From the NCBI RefSeq assembly GCF_036365525.1, contig NC_090421.1:7823133-7887132 (forward strand): DNA of 64,000 bases. The letters run 5' to 3'. The notes beneath the pieces were generated by a model. The model was not told the origin of the DNA, did no database searches, and was given only the letters and a program-made list of their open reading frames with translations. Source of the DNA: Heterodontus francisci (lineage: Eukaryota). Positions 34,801-47,533 of the stretch are shown one piece after another; the first letter of the stretch is position 1, and the number at the start of each line of letters is the position of its first letter. A program made the position numbers and the translations under genes.

Positions 34801-37199
34801 CACTTTGGGTGAGGGCCTGGAGGTTGACTGTACCCATGGAACTGCTCCACAGTTGTTGTCAGTGTCCTTGCGACAGGGAGAAAATTGGTAAACTAGAGGT
34901 AAATCTGACTGTGAATGTAATGCAAATACCTGCTGTAATGTGAAGATGTTTCCTTTATCAACAGAATGGCATCTGGGATAAAAACCCTCAACATCCAGCA
35001 AGTACAGAACCAAGGTAAAAGAACTTCTAATTCCTAGTTTGAGATCATAATTCCTGGAGGAAAACCTAGACATCGAAAAGAAAAATGGGAAATTCTGGAA
35101 ATACATCGTAGGTTCATCATCAGCTGAAATGAAAGGAGACAGGTTGTCATTTTAGGTTTCGACCCGAGGTCACTGTGTATGTGTTCTGAAGAAGGGCCTA
35201 CAGTGCTCCTCAAAACTTAAGCTCTCTTTGTTCTGTTTTCAGAGGCTGATGGACCTGCTGTGCATTTCCAGCATTTCAGTTGTCATTTCAGTCAATCATA
35301 ATTGTAAATAATGTCTCTGTGTTTAATAATGAGAGCAATAGTTGTCGAATATAAGGACAAGATGTAATTACTTCTAGTACTGCTGACTACCCAACTTGCC
35401 TTCCTGGCCACCATGCTGGCTGATAAGGTTTAATGATTCCTTCTCCTCTGGCACTGTCCCCCTCCCGTTCAAATCAGCCATCATCACCCTCCACCTCAAA
35501 AAACCCACATTTCATCCTCTGTCCTTGCAAACTGCCGCCCATCTCCAACTTTCCTTTCCTCGTCAAAGTCTTTGAATGTGTTGTTGCCTCCCAAATACGT
35601 GCAACTCCATGCTTGAACCTCTTCAGTCAGGTTTCTGCCCTGGCCACAGCACTGCAGCAGCCCTTATCAAAGTCACAAATGACATCCTACGTAGTAAACT
35701 ATCTCTCCTCATTCTTCACTACCTGTCTGCAACCATAGATATGGCTGACTGCTCCATTGTTCTCCATTGCCCCTTCTGCTTGGTACAGCTGGGTGGGACT
35801 GCCCTTGCCTGATTCCATTGCTGTCTGTCCAGTCATAGCCAGAGAATTTCCTACAATGGCTTCTTTTCCTGCTCCCGCATTGTTAACTCTGGAGTCCCCA
35901 AGGATAGATTCTTACTCCAATCCTATTTCTCATTCACAGGCTGTCTCACGACGATATCATCCAAAAATGTAACATCAGATTCCATATGTATGCTGATGAC
36001 ACCCAGCTGGACCTCATTACCACTTTTGGCCCCTCCACTGCTTCTGCTTTGTCATCCTGCTTGTCCAAAATCCAGTTTTGGATAAGCAGAAATTTCCTCC
36101 AATGCAACATTGGGATGACCAAAGCCATTGTCTTTGGTCTCCATCACAAATGCCATTCACTAACTACCAACTGCACCCCTCCCTGGCCATTGTCTGTGGC
36201 TGAACCTGTTGGCAACCTTGGTATCATATTTGACCCTGAGCTGTGCTTCTGAACCCAAAGCCACTCCATCACCAAGACCACCCACTTCCACCTCCGTAAC
36301 ATCCTCTGTCTCCGCGACTACCTCAGCCCATCGAATGCTGAAAGCCACATTTCATGATTTGTTAGCCCCAGACTCAACTACTCCAATTACTCTTGGCTGG
36401 CCTCCCACCTCCCACCCTCATAAATTTCAGCTCATCCAAAATTCTGTTCCCGTAGCTTAACATACATCAAGTCCTGCTGACCTTTTGTGCTCAATGACCT
36501 ACCTTGGCTCCCAATCTGGCAATGCCTCGAATTGATAATTCTCATCTTTATGTTCACATTCCTCCCTGGCATCGCCCCTCTCTATCTCTGTAACTTCCTC
36601 CAGCTCTACAATCCTCTGTGAGATCTCTGCACTCCTCCATTTCTGTCCTCTTGTGCATCACCGATTTCCATCATCCCACCATTGGCGGCCATGCTTTCAA
36701 CTACCACGTCCGTAAGTTTAGGAATTCCCTCCATAAACCTCTCTGCCTCTCTACCTCCCTGTCTCCTCCTTTAAGACTTCTGTGTTTGAGCAAGCTTTTG
36801 TCCAAATATATTCTTTACGTGGTTGGGTGTCCAATTTTTATTTGATAAAGCTACTGTGAAGCACCTTGGAATGTTTTGTGAAGTTAAAGGTGCTATATAA
36901 ATGCAAATTGTTTCTCTTGTTGTACTATGTTCTTATAATCTAGGTTCCTACAATTAAAAGAGTGTATTTTTTCCCCTTTTACAGCTAATGTTCAGCAGTT
37001 TAGTGGAATGAGTGGGGGTTTGTCTGGATATGTCCAAGGCATGAGCAACAGCAGTGGGTACGGCAACTTGGAAACCTCTGTACTCAGTTCAGGAGGCTCT
37101 GCTTTCAGTGGCGGCATGGGTGGCGGCGGAGGTAGCAGCAAAACTGTGATTGTGAAATCAGTGCAACAAACCAGTGGTGGATATAAAAGTTCATCTTGA
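31429..37199 (+). CDS. Type II keratin gene B copy 1, complete, 524 aa: join(31429..31860,32010..32218,32906..32966,33059..33154,33284..33448,33558..33683,34052..34272,34965..35014,36985..37199)
   Basis: Nine GT-AG exons; internal sizes 209/61/96/165/126/221 are the type II (K8-like) pattern. Ser/Gly head, [23 protein letters not shown] rod, Gly/Ser tail. 1575 nt, open frame. Confidence 0.95.
32010..32218 (+). CDS. Gene B copy 1 exon 2
   Basis: 209 bp, [14 protein letters not shown]...LVEDFKCK. Confidence 0.93.
32906..32966 (+). CDS. Gene B copy 1 exon 3
   Basis: 61 bp, [20 protein letters not shown]. Confidence 0.93.
33059..33154 (+). CDS. Gene B copy 1 exon 4
   Basis: 96 bp, [32 protein letters not shown]. 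Confidence 0.93.
33284..33448 (+). CDS. Gene B copy 1 exon 5
   Basis: 165 bp, [38 protein letters not shown]. Confidence 0.93.
33558..33683 (+). CDS. Gene B copy 1 exon 6
   Basis: 126 bp, [25 protein letters not shown]...LKQR. Confidence 0.92.
34052..34272 (+). CDS. Gene B copy 1 exon 7
   Basis: 221 bp, [16 protein letters not shown]...[18 protein letters not shown]. Confidence 0.93.
34965..35014 (+). CDS. Gene B copy 1 exon 8
   Basis: cag|AATGGCATCT...CAAG|gtaaa, 50 bp, [16 protein letters not shown]. Confidence 0.85.
35430..36920 (+). mobile_element. Decayed L2 LINE in gene B intron 8 (copy at ~52026-53516)
   Basis: [29 protein letters not shown]-like motif, GCTATATAAATGCAAATTGTT tail. 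Confidence 0.8.
36985..37199 (+). CDS. Gene B copy 1 exon 9 (tail, stop)
   Basis: Pyrimidine tract then cag|CTAATG; Gly/Ser tail ...[21 protein letters not shown]. Confidence 0.9.
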
Positions 37200-37605
37200 A
37201 TCAACAAGGAATAAACTAATGCCAGCAGTGTCTCTTACCAGTGCAGTGATGAGCTCATTGTCAGAGGCTGTCTTTCCTATACGTACTATGTTTAGTGCAG
37301 TGGTTAACACGTTTGGATTAACTTCATGTCTGCTATTTAGAACACCTTCATTAACCTGTTTTACTTCACATAGTTAAATGACATGAAATTAACATTGACT
37401 TCTTAACCAGTGCACAGGGGAAATTCAACCTAGTAAAGGCCAATATTTTGGGTTTGTGGGAAAAGCGGTTAAGAAACTCACATTTTATTTGTTGGTCCCT
37501 TTTAAAATGGGAAATAAACCAAAGTTTTCGGTGCTGAACTCTGTTTCAAGATTCTGTATCATTTTGTATTGGGGATTTATCTTCTTTGACATTCCTGTTA
37601 TGGTG

Positions 37606-37611
37606 AATAAA
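37606..37611 (+). terminator. Candidate polyadenylation signal of gene B copy 1 (alternatives at 37210 and 37513)
   Basis: AATAAA hexamers in the 3' region, before repeat-derived sequence begins. Confidence 0.45.
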
Positions 37612-38099
37612 CTTCTGAACTACAAATATGGACTGCTCTTTGCTTAAGCACAATATTAACTTGCTGAAAAGAACAAGTTTCATACACTCTTGTGAAATTT
37701 AACAACTTTGAAATATTTGAACATAAAGTTTGGAGCAATGTTATGAAACATAGAAAGACTACTTTGTGTATTCCATAGCAAAAACACACCAGACTGTCAC
37801 TGAAACCATTCAGTGCACTAATATAGATACAGCAAAGTTTAACAACAATCCAACTCCAACCTTTTTCTCCTCCACAATGATATAACTTCTCCCATCAGTT
37901 GAGAAAACCAGCTTTGGGCACATGATTTTTTTTTAAATCTCCCGATCTGGTCACAACGGAACCTGTGTATCTAAAATGCAGGCCACCTCATTTGTATGCG
38001 ATAGCGAGAGATGCGTTGGGTTAGAACACTTGCCCTCGGGTCTGTGTTCAAATACAGTGCAGTGCGATCGAGGAAAGTATCCCTATCTACTGACTGTAA

Positions 38100-38325
38100 G
38101 TGTTGTACATGAAATGATTTTGTGCAGTTAGTATAGGCCTACAGTACAAAGTGCTGACTAATTTGTAGTAACAAGCACTCAGTAAGCAGCCTCGCTAAGA
38201 CAGGCCACAGGATAGCTCGTGTGGGGAATGGAGAAATATCACACTGATGTAGTAATGCCATAGGGACTGAGGCATATTCTTGGAGCAGAGGAGAGGAGCT
38301 CTACTCTGTATTAAGCCATGCTTCG
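38100..38325 (+). mobile_element. LF-SINE-like remnant (also in the duplicated and inverted copies; related pieces near 26070-26210 and 2840-2915)
   Basis: GCAGCCTCGCTAAGACAGGCCACAGGA...GGGACTGAGGCATATT...GGAGCAGAGGAGAGGAGCTCTACTCTG resembles the LF-SINE 3' half; judged from memory of the consensus. Confidence 0.4.
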
Positions 38326-41300
38326 AAAAGGCAACTGGGCATATTTGATGTCGACTATTCTAAAGAACCTTAGTTACTCAGATAGGTGTAATAAGCCAGG
38401 TCTATTTACATTCGAGCAGTGTAGATACAGAGGAGACCAGGTCGAACTTTATAAAGTAATGTAAGTTGCTGGATAGTGTGTCTGCTGATAGACTATTCCA
38501 GTTTAACAGATTATGGAGTACCAGGGGACATGGGTTTAAACTACACAATAGTAGCAACAGACTGGATGTTGGGCAGCTCTTCTTATCGTCCTCATATTCC
38601 TCTGGAATATGTTGCTGGCTTGTGTGGTGTCCTCTGACTCTGCACACTTCAAGAGGGAGCTGGACCAGTTCTTGACTGGGGCAGAGATTGCATCATCTAG
38701 AAGGTCAGTGGCATCATAGGCAACACTTGGTGCATGTGATCTCCTGGACTGGTTCTGATCACCTGAGCGGGTTGGGGAGGAACTTTCCGGAGCATTTCTT
38801 CCCTTACGGGCCCTGGGGTTTTCTCCCTTACTTTGCCATTTTGCCTCTCCAGGAAATTACATGGCTAAGATTACAAACGAGCAGTTTGCTTGGAATAGGA
38901 ATATTCCTTCTAGGAATTGTCCATGTATAATGTGGCAAAACCATCCCTGAATCCCCCATCATCAACATCCTGGGTGTCACCATTGACCAGAAACTTAGCT
39001 GCATCAGCCACATAAATACTGTGGTTAAAAAAGGTCAGAGGCTGACTATTCTGTGGCAAATGACTCAACACTTTCCACCATCAACAAGGGATGGGTTAGG
39101 AGTCTGATGGAATATTCTCCAATTACTTGGATGAGTGCAGATCCAACAGTACTCAAGATGCTCAATACGATCCAGGACAAAGCAGCCCGCTTGATCAGCA
39201 CCCCATCCACCAACTTAAACATTCACTCCCTCCACCACCGGTGCACAGTGGCAGCAGTTTGTACCATCTACAAGATGCACTGCAGCAACTCACCAAGGCT
39301 CCTTCGACAGCACCTTCCAAACCCGTGACCTCAACCACCTAAAAGGACAAGGGCAGCAGCACCTGTAATCTCCCCTCCAAATCACACACCATACTGACTT
39401 GGAAATATATCGCTGTTCCTTCACTGTGGCTGGATAAAAATCCTGGAACTCCCTCCCTAACAGCATTGTGGGTGTACCTACCCCACATGAACTGCAGCGG
39501 TTCAAGAAGGCAGCTCACCACCACCTTCTCAAGTGCAATTAGGGATGGGCAATAAATGCTGGCATTGCCAGCAAATCCCACACCTCATGAACGAATAAAC
39601 CAAAAAATGGATACTCTTTTCCATTTAAATCCTTTTTTTAAAGAGCTATTTATTCCCCAAATTTAGCAATCTTCCAGTTACCACAGGCTGACAAAAACGC
39701 AGCAGGGATCCTCCTGAGTTTCCACAGTAAACCAGCTGGTGGAGCCCTTGCGACATAGCACTCAGGCAATTTGATTGCTCTGGCAAGTGGAGTCTTTCAA
39801 TCAGCTCCCACACTGTGCTGCTGTCTGCATTCTGTCTACCCCAAAGAGTGCAAAAAACACTTTCATGCTCAAACACTTTGGGCGAGGGAACTCTGCTACA
39901 AACAATAACTTGCATTTATCTCGCGCCTTTAACTAAAACGTCCCCATGAGCTTCACAAGAGGATAGTCAGGTATCATTTGACACTGAGCTATATAAAGAG
40001 ACTTGAGGAGAGGTGAGCAGAAGCTTCGTGAAAGAGAACGCTTTGAAGGAAACATAGAAAATAGGAGCAGGAGTAGGCCATTCGGCCCTTCGGGCCTGCT
40101 CCGCCATTCAAAAAAGATCATGGCTTACCGTCTAATTCAGTACCCTGTTCCCGCTTTCTCCCCATATCCCTTGATCCCTTTGACATTAAGAAATATATCC
40201 ATCTCCTTCTTGAATATATTTAATGACGGCCTCCACTGCCTTCTGCGGTAGAGAATTCCACAGGTTCACCACCCTCCGAGTGAAGACATTTCTCCTCATC
40301 TCGGTTCTAAATGGCATAGCCCACATCCTGAGACTGTGACCCCTGGTTCTGGACTCCCCATCCTCCCTGCATCTCGCCTGTCTAGTCCTGTTCCAATTTT
40401 ATAGGTTTCTATGAGATCCCCTCTCGTTCTTCTAAACTCTAGTGAATATAGCCCAATCTCTCCTCATACATCAACCTAGTAAAGGCCAATATTTTGGGTT
40501 TGTGGGAAAAGCGGTTAAGAAACTCACATTTTATTTGTTGGTCCCTTTTAAAATGGGAAATAAACCAAAGTTTTCGGTGCTGAACTCTGTTTCAAGATTC
40601 TGTATCATTTTGTATTGGGGATTTATCTTCTTTGACATTCCTGTTATGGTGAATAAACTTCTGAACTACAAATATGGACTGCTCTTTGCTTAAGCACAAT
40701 ATTAACTTGCTGAAAAGAACAAGTTTCATACACTCTTGTGAAATTTAACAACTTTGAAATATTTGAACATAAAGTTTGGAGCAATGTTATGAAACATAGA
40801 AAGACTACTTTGTGTATTCCATAGCAAAAACACACCAGACTGTCACTGAAACCATTCAGTGCACTAATATAGATACAGCAAAGTTTAACAACAATCCAAC
40901 TCCAACCTTTTTCTCCTCCACAATGATATAACTTCTCCCATCAGTTGAGAAAACCAGCTTTGGGCACATGATTTTTTTTTAAATCTCCCGATCTGGTCAC
41001 AACGGAACCTGTGTATCTAAAATGCAGGCCACCTCATTTGTATGCGATAGCGAGAGATGCGTTGGGTTAGAACACTTGCCCTCGGGTCTGTGTTCAAATA
41101 CAGTGCAGTGCGATCGAGGAAAGTATCCCTATCTACTGACTGTAAGTGTTGTACATGAAATGATTTTGTGCAGTTAGTATAGGCCTACAGTACAAAGTGC
41201 TGACTAATTTGTAGTAACAAGCACTCAGTAAGCAGCCTCGCTAAGACAGGCCACAGGATAGCTCGTGTGGGGAATGGAGAAATATCACACTGATGTAGTA

Positions 41301-44300
41301 ATGCCATAGGGACTGAGGCATATTCTTGGAGCAGAGGAGAGGAGCTCTACTCTGTATTAAGCCATGCTTCGAAAAGGCAACTGGGCATATTTGATGTCGA
41401 CTATTCTAAAGAACCTTAGTTACTCAGATAGGTGTAATAAGCCAGGTCTATTTACATTCGAGCAGTGTAGATACAGAGGAGACCAGGTCGAACTTTATAA
41501 AGTAATGTAAGTTGCTGGATAGTGTGTCTGCTGATAGACTATTCCAGTTTAACAGATTATGGAGTACCAGGGGACATGGGTTTAAACTACACAATAGTAG
41601 CAACAGACTGGATGTTGGGCAGCTCTTCTTATCGTCCTCATATTCCTCTGGAATATGTTGCTGGCTTGTGTGGTGTCCTCTGACTCTGCACACTTCAAGA
41701 GGGAGCTGGACCAGTTCTTGACTGGGGCAGAGATTGCATCATCTAGAAGGTCAGTGGCATCATAGGCAACACTTGGTGCATGTGATCTCCTGGACTGGTT
41801 CTGATCACCTGAGCGGGTTGGGGAGGAACTTTCCGGAGCATTTCTTCCCTTACGGGCCCTGGGGTTTTCTCCCTTACTTTGCCATTTTGCCTCTCCAGGA
41901 AATTACATGGCTAAGATTACAAACGAGCAGTTTGCTTGGAATAGGAATATTCCTTCTAGGAATTGTCCATGTATAATGTGGCAAAACCATCCCTGAATCC
42001 CCCATCATCAACATCCTGGGTGTCACCATTGACCAGAAACTTAGCTGCATCAGCCACATAAATACTGTGGTTAAAAAAGGTCAGAGGCTGACTATTCTGT
42101 GGCAAATGACTCAACACTTTCCACCATCAACAAGGGATGGGTTAGGAGTCTGATGGAATATTCTCCAATTACTTGGATGAGTGCAGATCCAACAGTACTC
42201 AAGATGCTCAATACGATCCAGGACAAAGCAGCCCGCTTGATCAGCACCCCATCCACCAACTTAAACATTCACTCCCTCCACCACCGGTGCACAGTGGCAG
42301 CAGTTTGTACCATCTACAAGATGCACTGCAGCAACTCACCAAGGCTCCTTCGACAGCACCTTCCAAACCCGTGACCTCAACCACCTAAAAGGACAAGGGC
42401 AGCAGCACCTGTAATCTCCCCTCCAAATCACACACCATACTGACTTGGAAATATATCGCTGTTCCTTCACTGTGGCTGGATAAAAATCCTGGAACTCCCT
42501 CCCTAACAGCATTGTGGGTGTACCTACCCCACATGAACTGCAGCGGTTCAAGAAGGCAGCTCACCACCACCTTCTCAAGTGCAATTAGGGATGGGCAATA
42601 AATGCTGGCATTGCCAGCAAATCCCACACCTCATGAACGAATAAACCAAAAAATGGATACTCTTTTCCATTTAAATCCTTTTTTTAAAGAGCTATTTATT
42701 CCCCAAATTTAGCAATCTTCCAGTTACCACAGGCTGACAAAAACGCAGCAGGGATCCTCCTGAGTTTCCACAGTAAACCAGCTGGTGGAGCCCTTGCGAC
42801 ATAGCACTCAGGCAATTTGATTGCTCTGGCAAGTGGAGTCTTTCAATCAGCTCCCACACTGTGCTGCTGTCTGCATTCTGTCTACCCCAAAGAGTGCAAA
42901 AAACACTTTCATGCTCAAACACTTTGGGCGAGGGAACTCTGCTACAAACAATAACTTGCATTTATCTCGCGCCTTTAACTAAAACGTCCCCATGAGCTTC
43001 ACAAGAGGATAGTCAGGTATCATTTGACACTGAGCTATATAAAGAGACTTGAGGAGAGGTGAGCAGAAGCTTCGTGAAAGAGAACGCTTTGAAGGAAACA
43101 TAGAAAATAGGAGCAGGAGTAGGCCATTCGGCCCTTCGGGCCTGCTCCGCCATTCAAAAAAGATCATGGCTTACCGTCTAATTCAGTACCCTGTTCCCGC
43201 TTTCTCCCCATATCCCTTGATCCCTTTGACATTAAGAAATATATCCATCTCCTTCTTGAATATATTTAATGACGGCCTCCACTGCCTTCTGCGGTAGAGA
43301 ATTCCACAGGTTCACCACCCTCCGAGTGAAGACATTTCTCCTCATCTCGGTTCTAAATGGCATAGCCCACATCCTGAGACTGTGACCCCTGGTTCTGGAC
43401 TCCCCATCCTCCCTGCATCTCGCCTGTCTAGTCCTGTTCCAATTTTATAGGTTTCTATGAGATCCCCTCTCGTTCTTCTAAACTCTAGTGAATATAGCCC
43501 AATCTCTCCTCATACATCAATCCTGCCATTCCAGGAATCAGCCTAGTAAATCTTCTTTGTACTCCCTCCATAGCAAGAACATCCTTCCTCAGATAAGGAG
43601 ACCAAAACTGCACACAATACTCCAGATGTGGTCTCACCAATGCCCTGTATAACTGCAGTAAGACATCCTTGCTCCTGTACTCAAATCTTCTTGCAATGAA
43701 GGCCAATATACCACTCGCCTTCCTAACTGCTTGCTGCACCTGAATGCTTGCTTTCAGCGACTGGTGTACAAGGGCACCCAGGCCTCGTTGCACCTCCCCC
43801 TTTCCCAATCTATCACCATTCAGATAATAATCTGCCTTTCTGTTTTTACAACCAAAATGGATAACCTCACATTTATCCACGTTATACTGCATCTGCAATG
43901 CATTTGCCCACTCAGCCAACTTGTCCAGATCACATTGGAGCCTCTTAGCATCCTGTTCACAGCTCACATTCCACCCCCTCACTCCCTTCCCCCCCCACCA
44001 CCCCAGCTTTGTGTTGTCTGCAAACTTGGAAATGTTACTTTTACTTTTCTCACCCAAGTCATTAATATATATTGTGAATAGCTGGGGCCCAAGCACTGAT
44101 CCCTGCGGTACCCCACTAGTCACTGCCTGCCACCCGGAAAAAGACCTGTTTATTCCTACTCTGTTTCCTGTCCGTCAACCAATTCTCAATCCATGCCAGT
44201 ACATTACCCCCAATCCCATGTGCTTTAATTTTGCACACTAACCCCTTATATGGGACCTATCAAAAGCCTTCTGAAAATCCAAATACACCACATCCACTGG

Positions 44301-45733
44301 TTCTCCCTTATCTATTCTACTAATTTATTTTGTTTCTTTTGGCCTCCTTATCTCGAGAGACAATGGATAAGCGCCTGGAGGTGGTCAGTGATTTGTGAAG
44401 CAGCGCCTGGAGTGGCCATAAAGGCCAATTCTAGAGTGCCAGGCTCTTCCACAGGTGCTGCAGAGAAATTGTTTGCCGGGGCTGTTACACAGTTGGCTCT
44501 CCCCTTGCGCTTTTGTCTTTTTTCCCGCCAACTGCTAAGTCTCTTCGACTCGCCACACTTTAGCCCCGCCTTTATGGCTGCCCACCAGCTCTGGCGAACG
44601 CTGCCAACTGACTCCCACGACTTGTGATCAATGTCACAGGACTTCATGTCGCGTTTGCAGACGTCTTTAAAGCGGAGACATGGACGACCGGTGGGTCTGA
44701 TACCAGTGGCGAGCTCGCTGTACAATGTGTCCTTGGGGATCCTGCCATCTTCCATGCGGCTCACATGGCCAAGCCATCCCAAGCACCGCTGACTCAGTAG
44801 TGTGTATAAGCTGGGGATGTTGGCCGCCTCGAGGACTTCTGTGTTGGAGATACGGTCCTGCCACCTGATTCCATCTTCACTGCCTCCGGAGAATACTTGG
44901 CATCAGGTGAGTTGAACAGGGGTTTTTAGTATTTTAACATTGAGATAGGTGTTCAGGGACCGAGAGCCAATGTGAATCAGTGAGCACAGGGTGAATGAGT
45001 GAATGGAACTTGCTGCGAGTTGGGATCGAGGCAGCAGACTGTTGGATGAGCTCAAGTTTGTGAAGGCTGGAAAGTGGGAGGCCAGTTAGCAGAGAATTCA
45101 AATAGTCAAGAGCGAACAAAAGTATGGCTGATGGTTTCAGCAGCAGCAGCAGCAGCAGTTGTCCAAAGGGCTGAGACGGGTGATAATCCGGAGGCGATGG
45201 AATGGCAAGATCCCAGTGATGAAGTAGCTGCACACTCTTTGCCCTCGCTCACACAGTCTCGCTGTGCTGTTCTGCACTGAATTCTCGAGATGCATTGGGT
45301 TTTAGAGCTGGTCGGGAACAAGTGACATTTCTGCTGGCCCGGGTATGTGAGCTGTAAGCTGCCAAAACAGACAATCCCAGAAACAGCCGACGCAGGGGTG
45401 AGCGAGATTGGAGCTCAGATAATCCCTCCTCCATCAGGATTTAACGCTTTATTTACAACAGGCAGCTACCAACAGCGAATAGGCGACTTCAACATCTGCA
45501 AATTTGTTTAGGCTCAAAGAGCAAGCGAGCCATTCGCAAACTGTGCAGATACATCAATAAAAGTTCATCCAGCCCACTCCCCAAGACACATTTAAAGCCA
45601 CGGAATTGACCCTCAGTAATGGACTATCTGCTGTCTAAAAGCAAAATACTGCGGATGCTGGAAATCTGAAACAAAAACAAGAAATGCTGGAATCACTCAG
45701 CAGGTCTGGCAGCATCTGTGGAAAGAGAAGCAG

Positions 45734-45770
45734 AGTTAACATTTCGGGTCAGTGACCCTTCTTCGGAACT
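45734..45770 (-). ncRNA. Hammerhead motif (unit 1, left arm) with mutated helix III palindrome
   Basis: GAAATGTT instead of GAAACGTT (position 45741). Confidence 0.5.
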
Positions 45771-46123
45771 GACAAATATTAGAAAAGTCACAGATTATAA
45801 ACAAGTGAGGTGGGGGTGGGGCAAGAGATAACAAAGGAGAAGGTGCAGATTGGAACAGGCCACATAGCTGACCAAAAGGTCACGGAGAACAGGCAAACAA
45901 TATGTTAATGGTGTGTTGAAAGACAAAGCATTAGTACAGATTAGGTGTGAATACACTGAATATTGAACAGCAGCAAGTGCAAACCTGAAGAAAAACAACC
46001 TGAAAAAAAGTGGGTAAGCAAACTGAACAAACTAAGATGAAATGAAATAAATGCAAAAAAAGATTGTAAAAAATGTAAAAAGGAAGAAAAAATAACTAAA
46101 AATGAAAGTAAAGTGGGGGGCTG

Positions 46124-46453
46124 TCATGCTCTGAAATTATTGAACTCAATGTTCAGTCCGGCAGGCTGTAGTGTGCCTAATCGGTAGATGAGATGCTGTT
46201 CCTCGAGCTTGCGTTGATGTTCACTGGAACACTGCAGCAATCCCAGGACAGAGATGTGAGCATGAGAGCAGGGGGGAGTGTTGAAATGGCAAGCAACCGG
46301 AAGCTCAGGGTCCTGCTTGCGGACTGAGCGGAGATGTTCCGCAAAGCGGTCACCCAGTCTGCGCTTGGTCTCCCCAATGTAGAGGAGACCACACTGTGAG
46401 CAGCGAATACAGTATACTACATTGAAAGAAGTACAAGTAAATCGCTGCTTCAC
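46124..46453 (-). pseudogene. Penelope GIY-YIG endonuclease domain (fragment of truncated pol)
   Basis: VVY...YIGETKRRLGDRFAEH...HF...EQHLI...GLN motifs; an upstream in-frame TGA interrupts the thumb region. Confidence 0.85.
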
Positions 46454-47533
46454 CTGAAAGGAGTGTTTGGGGCCTGGGATAGTGAGGAGAGAGGAGGTAA
46501 ATGGGCAGGTATTACACCTCCTGCGATTGCAGGGGAAGGTGCCCTGGGATGGGGACGAGGTGGTGGGGGTAATGGAGGAGTGGACCAGGGTGTCGCGGAG
46601 GGAACGATCCCTTCGGAATGCTGACAGGGGAAGGGAGGGGAAGATGCGACTGGTAGTGGCATCACGCTGGAGGTGGCGGAGGATGATCCTTTGGATATGG
46701 AGGCTGGTGGGATGAAAAGTGAGGACAAGGGGAACCCTGTCACGGTTCTGGGAGGGAGAGGAAGGGGTGAGGGTAGAGGTGCGGGGAATGGGTCAGACAC
46801 GGTTGAGGGCCCTGTCAACCACAGTGGGGGGAAATCCTCGGTTGAGGAAAAAGGAGGTCATATCAGAAGCACCGTCATGGAAGGTAGCATCATCAGAGCA
46901 GATGCGTCGGAGACGGTGAAACTGGGAGAATGGAATGGAGTCCTTACAGGAGGTAGGGTGTGAAGAAGTGTAGTCGAGGTAGCTGTGGGAGTCAGTGGGC
47001 TTATAATGGATATTGGTAGACTCTCCCCCCTGCTCTCATGCTCACATCTCTGTCCTGGGATTGCTGCAGTGTTCCAGTGAACATCAACGCAAGCTCGAGG
47101 AACAGCATCTCATCTACCGATTAGGCACATTACAGCCTGCCGGACTGAACATTGAGTTCAATAATTTCAGAGCATGACAGCCCCCCATTTTACTTTCATT
47201 TTTAGTTATTTTTTCTTCCTTTTTTACATTTTTTACAATCTTTTTTTGCATTTATTTCATTTCATCTTAGTTTGTTCAGTTTGCTTACCCACTGTTTTTT
47301 TCAGGTTGTTTTTCTTCAGGTTTGCACTTGCTGCTGTTCAATATTCAGTGTATTCACACCTAATCTGGACTAATGCTTTGTCTTTCAACACACCATTAAC
47401 ATATTGTTTGCCTTTTCTCCGTGACCTTTTGGTCAGCTATGTGGCCTGTTCCAATCTGCACCTTCTCCTTTGTTATCTCTTGCCCAACCCCCACCTCACT
47501 TGTTTATAATCTGTGACTTTTCTAATATTTGTC

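Larger units (their letters stand above)
37425..43516 (+). repeat. 3046-bp direct tandem duplication (37425-40470 and 40471-43516)
   Basis: Junction ...CTCATACA-TCAA-CCTAGTAAAGG with TCAA microhomology; identical ORFs at +3046. Confidence 0.92.

Noticed and set aside
21161-37711. Inverted repeats as the scar of a staggered-break inversion of gene B
   Set aside because: The CR1 flanking 21161-25477 is collinear on both sides and genes A and B share orientation, which fits an inverted insertion better.
45138-45158. (CAG)7 repeat as a polyQ or polyA exon
   Set aside because: It sits at the edge of a decayed L2 fragment with no splice or coding context; useful only as a unit marker.
46124-46453. 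Standalone GIY-YIG nuclease gene
   Set aside because: It is the in-frame C-terminus of a truncated Penelope pol that has an upstream stop codon.
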